From: an uncultured Thermodesulfobacteriota bacterium
Lineage (GTDB): Bacteria > Desulfobacterota > WTBG01
Length of the DNA stretch: 52,716 nt
Reading direction: 5' to 3'
NCBI GenBank assembly: GCA_964580455.1
Contig: CAZOKO010000003.1
Span: 1 to 52,716, forward strand
The notes beneath the pieces were generated by a model, which searched no databases, was not told the DNA's origin, and was given only the letters and a program-made list of their open reading frames with translations. This document shows, one piece after another, positions 9,301 to 17,693 of this stretch. A program made the translations under genes and the position numbers. Each line of letters starts with the position of its first letter. Within the stretch, counting starts at the first letter, position 1.

Positions 9301-9410
9301 AGTTTCCATGCGTAATTCTCCGCCTTTGCATCCTTTAGAAAGGATGGGCAAAGCATTACACCCATGGTAACTCCAGACACCTTTAAAAAATCTCTTCTGG
9401 TAACTCCCAT
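6396..9410 (-). CDS. fdhA: Periplasmic (Tat-exported) selenocysteine-containing formate dehydrogenase catalytic subunit; TGA at 8844-8846 read as Sec
   Basis: Tat motif MGVTRRDFLK. N-terminal Fe-S motif CPYCACGCG. The two track ORFs (8844..9410 and 6396..8795) are in frame across one TGA, giving EHQARI-U-HSATVAALAESFGRGAMTNHW. This is the canonical FdhA/FdnG Sec context. Confidence 0.9.
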
Positions 9411-9478
9411 ATTAATTTACCTCCTTTCATCATACTTAATTAATTAATCAATCAAAATGAACCACTTTTAGAAAATTG

Positions 9479-9516
9479 AAAGGGAATTGAAGCTAATAAA
9501 TCCTTCAATTCCCTTT
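9479..9516 (-). terminator. Strong hairpin (terminator or attenuator) between fdhE and fdhA
   Basis: Perfect 14-bp inverted repeat AAAGGGAATTGAAG (9479-9492) / CTTCAATTCCCTTT (9503-9516) with a 10-nt loop. In the minus-strand RNA it is followed by CAAUUUUC. Confidence 0.55.
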
Positions 9517-9540
9517 GCAAATACAGCAGGTATTTTGATT

Positions 9541-9605
9541 GCTCAAAACCCCTTTCGGCCAGCCTTCCCTGAGGGAGTTAACTGGCTCGGGAACTACAAC
9601 TTTTT
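9541..9605 (-). promoter_or_regulatory. Candidate molybdenum/tungsten-cofactor (Moco-type) riboswitch aptamer in the fdhE-fdhA spacer
   Basis: Minus-strand RNA reads GUUCCCGAGCCAGUUAACUCCCUCAGGGAAGGCUGGCCGAAAGGGGUUUUGAGC. It contains CCGAGCC, a GCCAG/CUGGC stem enclosing a UCCC-UCA-GGGA hairpin, and GAAAGGGG. This resembles my recollection of the Moco RNA motif. It is followed by the 9479-9516 terminator. Not verified by a covariance model. Confidence 0.4.
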
Positions 9606-9642
9606 GGGATGTCATGCATCCCGGATATAGATTAACAGTTTA

Positions 9643-10575
9643 CTAATGCAGGGTCCTGCTCTTCCCGTCTGCCTTTAACTCATCAACAGACGGCGGAAAA
9701 AACCAGGACCTCTCATAACCCTCTTTTTCTGCCACTATGTCAAGATACATGGTGGCAAGGTCCTCTACTGAGGGAATAAATGCTCTCTTCTCATCACCTC
9801 CCTTTCTCTCATCTAGTGTTTTAATATACCTTTTGCACTGCTCACACACGTCAATTCGATAAGGACTCTTTTCTTCCTCCAGAAATTTCAGGCTTTTTTG
9901 ATCCACATTACAGCAGAAAGGGCACTTGATTCTCACAAACCTCCACTCAGTTCCACAAAGTGAACAGTAGAGTATCTTTTTACCAACTTCTTTCTCTAAC
10001 CTGGCAATCTGTGCTCCACTGCCGCAAACAGGACAGTAGTTCTTTAACCATACATCATCCACCACTTTATCCTTGAGCTGTTCTGCCACTGTTTCAAAGA
10101 AAGGCTTTGCCAGATTAAGAGAAACAAATATTAAGAGATCTTCAGCTACTCCGATTTCTTTTGCAAGAGAGTAAAAATAAGCACTGTCATGTTGGAAAAG
10201 ATTTTTGACCAGAGTGTTTAATTTAAGTCCTTTACTGCTTTCAGCATCAATAAGCCTTTGAATCTCTTCACTATCACTATTTTCATAGCTCTTCATAATT
10301 TCACATATATCCTGGAACAGGTCTTTAAGGTAAGTATCCTTAAGAGGTATGTTATTCAGGGAAATGAGGGGTTTGCCCTGCTCCATCTTCTCCTTTATCT
10401 CGTCTTCGGATAAAGAACATTGAATTTCTCCCTTAAGCAAAGTGCTTTTGATCTCATATTGTGCCTTGAAAATATCCCTGAAAAACGCAATTGAGTTTTC
10501 AGAAATGTAATCTTTTCCCTCAAGGCTATTTAGGCTATCTTCAACCTTATTCATATCTTCTCCGTATGTGTCCAT
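9643..10575 (-). CDS. fdhE: Formate dehydrogenase accessory protein FdhE
   Basis: 310 aa with four CXXC pairs in the C-terminal half (CPVCGS, CSLCGTEW, CPFCC, CEQCKRY), typical of FdhE. It sits directly upstream of fdhA. Confidence 0.85.
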   Translation of the reverse strand: MDTYGEDMNKVEDSLNSLEGKDYISENSIAFFRDIFKAQYEIKSTLLKGEIQCSLSEDEIKEKMEQGKPLISLNNIPLKDTYLKDLFQDICEIMKSYENSDSEEIQRLIDAESSKGLKLNTLVKNLFQHDSAYFYSLAKEIGVAEDLLIFVSLNLAKPFFETVAEQLKDKVVDDVWLKNYCPVCGSGAQIARLEKEVGKKILYCSLCGTEWRFVRIKCPFCCNVDQKSLKFLEEEKSPYRIDVCEQCKRYIKTLDERKGGDEKRAFIPSVEDLATMYLDIVAEKEGYERSWFFPPSVDELKADGKSRTLH

Positions 10576-10595
10576 ATTTCTATCGTCTTAAAAAC

Positions 10596-10790
10596 CTATG
10601 TGTTTTCTGAACTGCTTACTTCAATGTTTTTGCTCTTTTTTTTCTCATGCTCTTTAAAAACAGAGCACCTTTTGAATTCTCCATGTGATTGGCACGAATC
10701 TCCCGTATCGGGTTCACCTGGGATCAACACCTTCTGAGGGAATGCCTCACAATAATATGCTTCTATTTTTTTCAGATAAGGACAAGTCAT
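10596..10790 (-). CDS. Small Cys-containing hypothetical protein, first gene of the FDH operon
   Basis: 64-aa ORF located 20 nt upstream of fdhE on the same strand. I recognise no motif. Confidence 0.45.
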   Translation of the reverse strand: MTCPYLKKIEAYYCEAFPQKVLIPGEPDTGDSCQSHGEFKRCSVFKEHEKKKSKNIEVSSSENT

Positions 10791-10923
10791 CTCTCATCTA
10801 ATGATGTTCATTGGAATGAACGCTCATTCATAATTAAATAGCACTTTTTATTATGCTCTGTCAATAATAATTTAGTGAGATTAATGGCTCTTTATTACTA
10901 TTGTTAAATATTACATAGTATGT

Positions 10924-10944
10924 ATTATAGCATATTTCATACCA
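10924..10944 (-). promoter_or_regulatory. Candidate promoter for the FDH operon (sigma-54-like -24/-12 overlapping an extended -10)
   Basis: Minus strand reads TGGTATGAAATATGCTATAAT. The GG-N10-GC spacing matches sigma-54 (TGGTAT..ATGC), and TGCTATAAT is a perfect extended -10. It lies about 135-150 nt upstream of the ORF start at 10790. Confidence 0.25.
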
Positions 10945-11324
10945 TCTCTTACATCGAAAATGATAAATATAATTAAGCTATTGTTTTCCAAATACTTTTA
11001 TAAATCTCATAACATCCATTTAAGAATGTTTACTTTACAAATAATTACTAAAATTACATATATCGTAATTTATTTGAAATACTTTAGCTAAATAAATGAG
11101 TTACAGCAATTACACTTTATGTACTTTTATTTCAAATAATGTAATTAGTCCCTGAACGAAAACCTGTTTTTGTCTTTAAGAAATTCGGAGAACAAAATCC
11201 AAAAAGAGCAAATGACAAAAGATGTGGATACTAGATGCTGGATTCTGGATGTTATTACTATTTTTGATTAGTGAACCTTCGTGTTTCGTGGTTATAATTG
11301 TTTTGGTTGCGTGCATTATTTGGG

Positions 11325-11447
11325 TTAAAACAAAGAAGCAATTAAGCGGAAGGCAAAATATCCAAACAAAGTAATAAGTAAACTACAGAAGATTATATTG
11401 ATTATTACAGCCAATATACTCCATTTTGAGTTGCTTTTAGGAGACAT
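11325..11447 (-). CDS. Possible 40-aa single-pass membrane peptide downstream of the response regulator
   Basis: My hand translation gives MSPKSNSKWSILAVIINIIFCSLLITLFGYFAFRLIASLF, with ATG start and TAA stop. GGGAG lies 6 nt upstream of the ATG. It is below the ORF-track length cutoff. Confidence 0.35.
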   Translation of the reverse strand: MSPKSNSKWSILAVIINIIFCSLLITLFGYFAFRLIASLF

Positions 11448-11515
11448 TATCAACTCCCTTCACTAATCTTATGGGATAAAACACATTATCAAACATCATC
11501 ATAAGCTACCTGCTT

Positions 11516-12886
11516 TCATATGTTATATTTTTTTATAAAATAGCTCAAATTCCTTGGAGATATTCCAAGGATGCTCGCTGCTTTTTTCTTAACACCTTGA
11601 GTATCCTGCAGTGCCTTTATGATACTCTGCTTTTCGAATTGTTCCACCCTATTTTTTAAACTGTTGTTTCCTATCCCCAATAAGTTTTCTTCATCATTAA
11701 TACTTAATCTCCTCTTCAACTTATCCGGCAAATTCTCTTCCTGGATGGCATCACCTTTAGTCATCAATATTGAATGTTCTATTACATGTTCCAACTCTCG
11801 CACATTCCCCGGCCAACTATATTGCAACAACAAATTAAAAACCGTAGGAGAAACGTCTCTCACCTTTCTGTTGTATTCTCTATTATATATTTCTAAAAAA
11901 TGCTTAATGAGAAGCGGAATGTCTTCATGTCGGTCCTTCAAAGGAGGGAGATTAATAGGAACAACGTGCAATCTGTAATAAAGATCATCTCTAAATCTCT
12001 TTTCCCCCACCTCTTTATCCAGATCCTTATTGGTAGCAGCAATAATCCGAACATCAACCTTTATCAATTCGGTCCCCCCTACCCTGCGAAATTCCTTCTC
12101 CTGTAAAACTCTGAGTAAATTTACCTGGGACTTTGGGCTCATCTCAGCAATCTCGTCCATAAAGAGGGTGCCTTTATGAGCCATTTCAAATCTGCCTTCC
12201 TTCCTGGTTATTGCTCCCGTAAATGCCCCTTTTTCATGACCAAACAGCTCGCTTTCCAGAATAGTCTCAGGCAGCGCTCCACAACTCACTGTAATAAAAG
12301 GGTTGTCCTTTCGCAAACTGGCGTTATGAATAGCTCTGGCTAACAGTTCCTTCCCGGTGCCACTTCCTCCTTGTATCAGCACAGTGATGTTGCTTGGTGC
12401 AATGTTTTTTATGAGGGCATATATATCCTGCATCTTACTACTCTTACCAATAATGTTTTCAAACCTGTGGTGATCATGCAGTTGCTCTTTAAGAAGGATA
12501 TTTTCCCTTATGAGAGCTTGATGTTTAATGATCTTTTTTGTAATCATATCAATCTCTTCAGGGGAAAAGGGTTTTACTATATAGTCATATGCTCCTTCCT
12601 TCATGGCATTTACTGCTGTCTCTACTGTCCCATAAGCTGTCATAATAATTACTTCTGTATTAGGGTGTTCACGTTTCACATAACGGAGGAGCTCCAGACC
12701 ATCTATGCCTGGCATCTTCAAATCAGTAATAACAATATTGAAGTTCCCGTCTTCTATCGTCTTTATTGCTTCCTCTCCACTTGAGGCACCATAAACACGC
12801 CGGTCTTCACTTTCAAACCATTCAAGGAGAGAACTTCTCATGGTTTGATCATCATCTACTATCAAAATCTCACTTTTATGCTCCAA
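11516..12886 (-). CDS. Sigma-54-dependent two-component response regulator (NtrC family)
   Basis: Receiver domain (ILIVDDD...DLKMPG), AAA+ with GGSGTGKE, intact GAFTGA, and C-terminal HTH. TTG start overlaps the kinase stop by 11 nt. TGA stop. Confidence 0.9.
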   Translation of the reverse strand: MEHKSEILIVDDDQTMRSSLLEWFESEDRRVYGASSGEEAIKTIEDGNFNIVITDLKMPGIDGLELLRYVKREHPNTEVIIMTAYGTVETAVNAMKEGAYDYIVKPFSPEEIDMITKKIIKHQALIRENILLKEQLHDHHRFENIIGKSSKMQDIYALIKNIAPSNITVLIQGGSGTGKELLARAIHNASLRKDNPFITVSCGALPETILESELFGHEKGAFTGAITRKEGRFEMAHKGTLFMDEIAEMSPKSQVNLLRVLQEKEFRRVGGTELIKVDVRIIAATNKDLDKEVGEKRFRDDLYYRLHVVPINLPPLKDRHEDIPLLIKHFLEIYNREYNRKVRDVSPTVFNLLLQYSWPGNVRELEHVIEHSILMTKGDAIQEENLPDKLKRRLSINDEENLLGIGNNSLKNRVEQFEKQSIIKALQDTQGVKKKAASILGISPRNLSYFIKKYNI

Positions 12887-14522
12887 CTTCTTCCTCCCCT
12901 CCCCTTCCAGAACCAGAGCTGACCGTATCTGAAATGACTGGCAACAAAATGCTTACAGTTGTTCCCTCCCCTACTTTACTGCGCACTTTTATTTCTCCAT
13001 TGTGATTTTCAATGATACCATATGCTACCGAGAGCCCCAAACCGGTACCCTCACCTGCTTTTTTAGTGGTAAAAAATGGCGTAAATATCCTGGAGAAATC
13101 CTCTTCAGAAATTCCGCACCCCGAATCTTTAAATATTATCTCAGCAAACTTTGAGCTTTTTCTGGTAGTAATTTCAAGGATACCCCCCTCGGGCATGGCA
13201 TGGAAAGCATTTAAAATAATGTTTATAAAAACCTGCTGCATTTGGTGGGGATCTGCTACTATCCTGGAAGTTGAGGAGCTAAATTTTTTAACCAGTCTTA
13301 TCCTGTGATCAGATAATTGATGTTCTACTAGTTCAAGAGCATTATTTAAAACACCATTGATATCCACCACAATCGCCTCAGGCTCTTTTATGCGGGAGAA
13401 ATCCATAAGGCCTCTGGTTATGCCTTTACAGCGGTTGACTTCTTCTTCAACTGTAGCCAGATATTTCCTCAACTGAGAAATATTTAATATACTGGATTCA
13501 GAAGAATAGTTATCAATCTTTTTTATAGCCAGTTTAATATAGGTAAGTATGCTTCCTAACGGATTATTTATTTCATGGGCAACACCAGAAGCAAGTTGCC
13601 CTACAGCAACCATTTTTTCCGACTTAATTATCTGTTCCTGACTTTTTTTCAATTCTCTATTGGCTTTTTCTAAATGACGATTTACCTTCATCAACTCTAC
13701 ATTAAATTTGCGGCAGTCTTCAACCGCTATTTTAACTTTTTCCTGAAGTTCCTGATTAAACCGTGCCACCTTATCCATCATCAGATTGAAGCCCTTACTC
13801 AACTTGCCAAATTCATCCCTGCTTCCAATATCAACCCTGCTATCCAATCTACCTTCCGCTGCATTAGAAACAACTTTAGCCAGCTTTCTAATCGGTCGAT
13901 CAACCAGAATAAATACCAGCAATGCCAAAATTAAGGAAACAGCAAGAAATATAGTAATGGTGAAAAATATCATCCTGTTTCGTGCAGCACTCAACTCCTC
14001 ATCAAGCGGGAGAAGAGAAGTATCAACAACTAATACGCCTAATATTTTGTCCTGGTAACTATGACAAGCATTGCACTTATCCCCATTTCTGATTGGGTTA
14101 ACATTACGCATAATTCTTTCTCCGCCAAGTGCAAAAACTTTTACATCATCATGGGAATATGGTTTCTGTTGGTGACATATTTGGCAGGATTCTTCTTCTA
14201 TAGATAAAACCTTTCCAATATCTTCTTCTCTGGCAGAATAGACGATCCCCCCTCCTTTTTTTATAATCATAACGTGCTCAACATCTTTCTGTTCCCTTAT
14301 GATTTCAACGATCTTTTGTACATCTTTACACTGCTTTTTCTCCATTTTATATTCAAGTGTTTCCTTTATGATTGAACTTAATTGTCTGGAAGCCTTTTCT
14401 GCCATTTCTAAAGATTGTTTGCCACGGTCTCTATATATGATGTAAGAATAGGTGATTTGCGTCACCAGCAAAGTAACAACTACCCAGAAAATTATTTTTG
14501 TTCTTAAGCGAAAAGCTGGCAA
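12876..14522 (-). CDS. Sensor histidine kinase with a periplasmic domain carrying two CXXCH heme-binding motifs, HAMP, and HisKA/HATPase
   Basis: Two TM segments flank a periplasmic domain of about 150 aa with CQICH and CNACH. H-box VAHEINNPLG. N and G boxes are NAFHAM, DSGCGI and GTGLGLSV. TTG start. Confidence 0.85.
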   Translation of the reverse strand: MPAFRLRTKIIFWVVVTLLVTQITYSYIIYRDRGKQSLEMAEKASRQLSSIIKETLEYKMEKKQCKDVQKIVEIIREQKDVEHVMIIKKGGGIVYSAREEDIGKVLSIEEESCQICHQQKPYSHDDVKVFALGGERIMRNVNPIRNGDKCNACHSYQDKILGVLVVDTSLLPLDEELSAARNRMIFFTITIFLAVSLILALLVFILVDRPIRKLAKVVSNAAEGRLDSRVDIGSRDEFGKLSKGFNLMMDKVARFNQELQEKVKIAVEDCRKFNVELMKVNRHLEKANRELKKSQEQIIKSEKMVAVGQLASGVAHEINNPLGSILTYIKLAIKKIDNYSSESSILNISQLRKYLATVEEEVNRCKGITRGLMDFSRIKEPEAIVVDINGVLNNALELVEHQLSDHRIRLVKKFSSSTSRIVADPHQMQQVFINIILNAFHAMPEGGILEITTRKSSKFAEIIFKDSGCGISEEDFSRIFTPFFTTKKAGEGTGLGLSVAYGIIENHNGEIKVRSKVGEGTTVSILLPVISDTVSSGSGRGGEEEVGA

Positions 14523-14790
14523 TTAATCTATCCTTCCTTTTTTATTATATAAAGTAGAGAGACTTTTATTTTAACTTGTTATAGATTCCGGCTTCCCGAT
14601 CAGATCGAGGATAGTTTTCGCAGGAATGACATGGAACTGAATGGTTACTGCTTTTTAATAATTTATCTCAGCGTACTCTGCCTGCCCCGTTAAATGCGAA
14701 GCTATTTATCTGGGGCGATCTCTGTGGTGAATAATTACACATTTTTAATTAAAAAATCAACTTCGAACTACCGAAAAAAACATTTTTCCC

Positions 14791-14819
14791 TTGACTAACA
14801 AAATCTTTTTTGCTTTACT
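14791..14819 (+). promoter_or_regulatory. Candidate sigma-70 promoter upstream of the first cytochrome gene
   Basis: TTGACT (14791-14796), a 17-nt spacer, then TTTACT (14814-14819). Confidence 0.25.
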
Positions 14820-14875
14820 TCTGACACGTTTTCTGAAAATAAGTGTTAAGGATAAGGAACAAAGGAGGTATATCG

Positions 14876-15562
14876 GTGAAAAAGATAAGTTTAGTACTGT
14901 TGATTGTTTCCCTTGTTTTAGCAGTTGCTTTTATTTTTCCACGATTTGGGACGTCTAATCTATTGGTGGATGATAGTGGCTGTTTGGGATGTCACGATGC
15001 TGCTTACCCCGATGGAACATTACACAGTCAATCCGCTCATAGCAATTGTGACAGTTGTCATGCAGAAATGGGAGATACTCCATCTTCATCAAAGTGTATC
15101 ACGTGTCATCCACTGGGCAATACTGGCAAGTGTGAGTTGGTTCTTTCCCATGAAAATTCGACGGAGTATAATCCAAGCGGTGCATCCTGCATTAACTGCC
15201 ATGGGGATTGTGATGGAGGAGATACCACCACTACGACCACAGTCCCCCAAACAACCATCGCAGGTAATAGATACGAAGTATTCCTGATAGGACCATTTGA
15301 AGGCTGCACTGCTACCACATTGACCTTCAGGTCAGATAATATTTTAACTTTAGAATGTATGGATGGATTCGGAACTTACTTAGCATTTGGTAATATCTTT
15401 ACCGCATTCTACTGGTCAAATAATTATTATCAAGGTTACGGCCTGGGCATTCTCTTAAGTGGCATTGCACTTGACCCTTATATTATTGGGGGTGGAATAG
15501 CATATTTTGGTAATAATGTAAGTCCAGTAGTGATAACAGGATATATATTGAGCACTCCATAA
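14876..15562 (+). CDS. Secreted tetraheme cytochrome c module, Thr-rich linker and a Gly/Tyr-rich C-terminal domain of unknown function
   Basis: GTG start 7 nt after AAAGGAGG. Signal peptide VKKISLVLLIVSLVLAVAF. Motifs CLGCH, CDSCH, CITCH and CINCH, then the TTTTTT linker. The heme module is homologous to the repeats in 41062..42189. Confidence 0.75.
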   Translation: MKKISLVLLIVSLVLAVAFIFPRFGTSNLLVDDSGCLGCHDAAYPDGTLHSQSAHSNCDSCHAEMGDTPSSSKCITCHPLGNTGKCELVLSHENSTEYNPSGASCINCHGDCDGGDTTTTTTVPQTTIAGNRYEVFLIGPFEGCTATTLTFRSDNILTLECMDGFGTYLAFGNIFTAFYWSNNYYQGYGLGILLSGIALDPYIIGGGIAYFGNNVSPVVITGYILSTP

Positions 15563-15760
15563 AACGTCTCGGGATTTTTGCAGCTTAATAATTATTTTTC
15601 GCAAAAATCTAAAAACATTCCCTCTCTCTTGATGGGAGAGCATTGGGGGGAGGGGAAATATGGTTTTTTGTGAAACCGTCAAAAATAAACCTAGCTTAAG
15701 CGAAGTTTAAGCTAGGTTCAACTATTATTCCTTTTTAAACACCTTGCCTTCATAACTAAT

Positions 15761-16867
15761 ATGACAAGCTCACTTAGAAATGTTCTAATCTTTGCAAGTA
15801 TAATCTTAGCAGTAGCCATGATACCTTTTACAGGTAATTCTGCTGAGATTATGACCGCAAACGGTGTATCCACCTGCGATCTGTCTGGCAATCCCAGGAC
15901 GCATTTTAATCCTGGTGATGACATACGGTATGAGGTTAATTACACAATTGAAAATCCCATTGCATTTGTACTGATAGGCGGGAATGTTAACGGTGCTAAT
16001 CTCCAGGAGAATCTACACTGGCAATATGGAATATTATCTTCAGGCACTTATAATACCTTTTGGGATAAAAAATTACCTTCTGATGCAAGTGGCACAGCCA
16101 CAGTTACTATAATGTATATTGGTGTCATCGATGAAATTACAGTGAAAGAAACTTCATTTTCCATTGAGGAAGACACCCCCAACGAACCTACTGATGTAGG
16201 ATCAAATATCTGCGGGGCATGCCACTCAGAAATCTTTGATTCATTAAAGGATTCTGCACATGGATTTATAGAATGCGAATTATGTCATGGTCCTGGAAGT
16301 AACCATGCAAGCTCCCCTTCTGCAGATAATATCACAATTGACAAATCATCAGATCTATGCGGTCAGTGCCACACCAGGGGTGATGATCAGAACAGAATAG
16401 AAGTAGAAGATGGCCTGATAAAAAGCAACCAGCAATACGATGAACTGCTTAACGGGGGAAAAAGCTTCTTTAATTGTGTACAATGTCATGACCCCCACGT
16501 CAGTCTCAATTCAGACACTCATGATGCTATCACTTCCGATTGCAGTTCATGCCACAGTCAAACCATCAACCGGATCCATTCGGTAGCAGGTCTTGAGTGT
16601 CTCGATTGCCACATGCCCTACGCCGTAAAAGTATCAACATCCAGTAGAGAAGGAGATCATCTTAAAGGTGATGGCAAAAGCCACATTTTCACCATAGACA
16701 CAACTGCAAATCCCTCCAAGATGTTTTACCCGCAGAGTGGAAAAACTTTTTCAAACGGTTTTCTCACCTTAAACTTTGTATGTCTGGGATGTCATAACGG
16801 AATTCTTGCTAAAGAAAGGGAATTCGACTGGGCAGTACAAGGAGCAGCTCTTATACATTCTGAGTAG
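15761..16867 (+). CDS. Secreted heptaheme cytochrome c with an N-terminal beta-rich domain
   Basis: Signal peptide. Motifs CGACH, CELCH, CGQCH, CVQCH, CSSCH, CLDCH (followed by MPY as in NrfA-like proteins) and CLGCH. Confidence 0.8.
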   Translation: MTSSLRNVLIFASIILAVAMIPFTGNSAEIMTANGVSTCDLSGNPRTHFNPGDDIRYEVNYTIENPIAFVLIGGNVNGANLQENLHWQYGILSSGTYNTFWDKKLPSDASGTATVTIMYIGVIDEITVKETSFSIEEDTPNEPTDVGSNICGACHSEIFDSLKDSAHGFIECELCHGPGSNHASSPSADNITIDKSSDLCGQCHTRGDDQNRIEVEDGLIKSNQQYDELLNGGKSFFNCVQCHDPHVSLNSDTHDAITSDCSSCHSQTINRIHSVAGLECLDCHMPYAVKVSTSSREGDHLKGDGKSHIFTIDTTANPSKMFYPQSGKTFSNGFLTLNFVCLGCHNGILAKEREFDWAVQGAALIHSE

Positions 16868-16964
16868 CAATAAATCATCACTTCAAACTATTGTCTTAAC
16901 CAAAATCTCACCTTCTTCTATCAAAAATTCGAAATTTGAAGCACGAAACTCGAAACAAATTCAA

Positions 16965-17330
16965 ATGACCAAAATACAAAAACCAAAACAATATGATTTA
17001 GAAGATCGTACGTATGCTTTTGCAAAAAGAGTTCGAGTCTTCGTAAAGAAACTGGTTAAGACAATAGCAAACATTGAAGATGGGAAACAACTCATAAAGG
17101 CTTCTGGTTCCGTAGGCGCTAATTATATCGAAGCTAACGAATCACTAAGCAAGAAAGACTTCATCATGAGGATTAAAATCTGCCGTAAAGAAGCTAAGGA
17201 GAGTAGATATTGGTTGAGACTGATAGACACGCAAGATGATCTGCAATTAATTAACGAACAAAAATATCTTGAACAGGAAGCAACGGAACTAATGAATATT
17301 TTCGGTTCCATATTGCGGAACAGTAAATAA
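16965..17330 (+). CDS. Four-helix-bundle protein (23S rRNA intervening-sequence protein family)
   Basis: 121 aa counted from the internal ATG at 16965. Motifs include LEDRTYAFAKRV, GANYIEANES and KICRKEAKESRYWLRL. The upstream part of the track ORF is repeat DNA overlapping the previous gene. Confidence 0.8.
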   Translation: MTKIQKPKQYDLEDRTYAFAKRVRVFVKKLVKTIANIEDGKQLIKASGSVGANYIEANESLSKKDFIMRIKICRKEAKESRYWLRLIDTQDDLQLINEQKYLEQEATELMNIFGSILRNSK

Positions 17331-17506
17331 CGTTGCGAACATTTGATATTCGAATTTAGAATTTGTTTCGCATTTCGATATTCGGATTTCGTGCTTTTTA
17401 ACCTATCCCTTCTACCTAGTGCCCCGTCTCATAAATTCTGCATGCCAAATTGGCAAAATGAAATGTTGTCAAAATGTTTATAATTGATCCACTTATCAGA
17501 GACGGG

Positions 17507-17669
17507 GAAATCCGAAATTAGAATATCGAAACTCGGAACAAACTCAAATGATCAAAATATCAATGACCAAAACAGAAACCCAGAGTATCAGAACGTTTTT
17601 GTTTTGAATTTAGAACATTTGGATTTTGACATTGTTTCGTATTTCGGATTTCGATATTCGGATTTGGTC
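17507..17669. repeat. ORF-less palindromic (MITE-like) derivative of the element that carries the four-helix-bundle gene
   Basis: The left arm AAATCCGAAATTAGAATATCGAAACTCGGAACAAACTCAAATGATCAAAAT is roughly the reverse complement of the right arm ATTTTGACATTGTTTCGTATTTCGGATTTCGATATTCGGATTT. The arms match the flanks of 16965..17330. Confidence 0.6.
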
Positions 17670-17693
17670 TGAACATGACTTTTCGTTCAGTCA

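Noticed and set aside
9606-9626. Hairpin GGGATG-CATGA-CATCCC just after fdhE, considered as its terminator
   Set aside because: On the transcribed strand it is followed by an A-run, not a U-run. It is more likely a structural element 5' of the proposed riboswitch, or it may be insignificant.
16965-17330. The 23S rRNA intervening-sequence protein gene as a sign of an rRNA operon
   Set aside because: No rRNA-like sequence flanks it. The family is commonly found free-standing.
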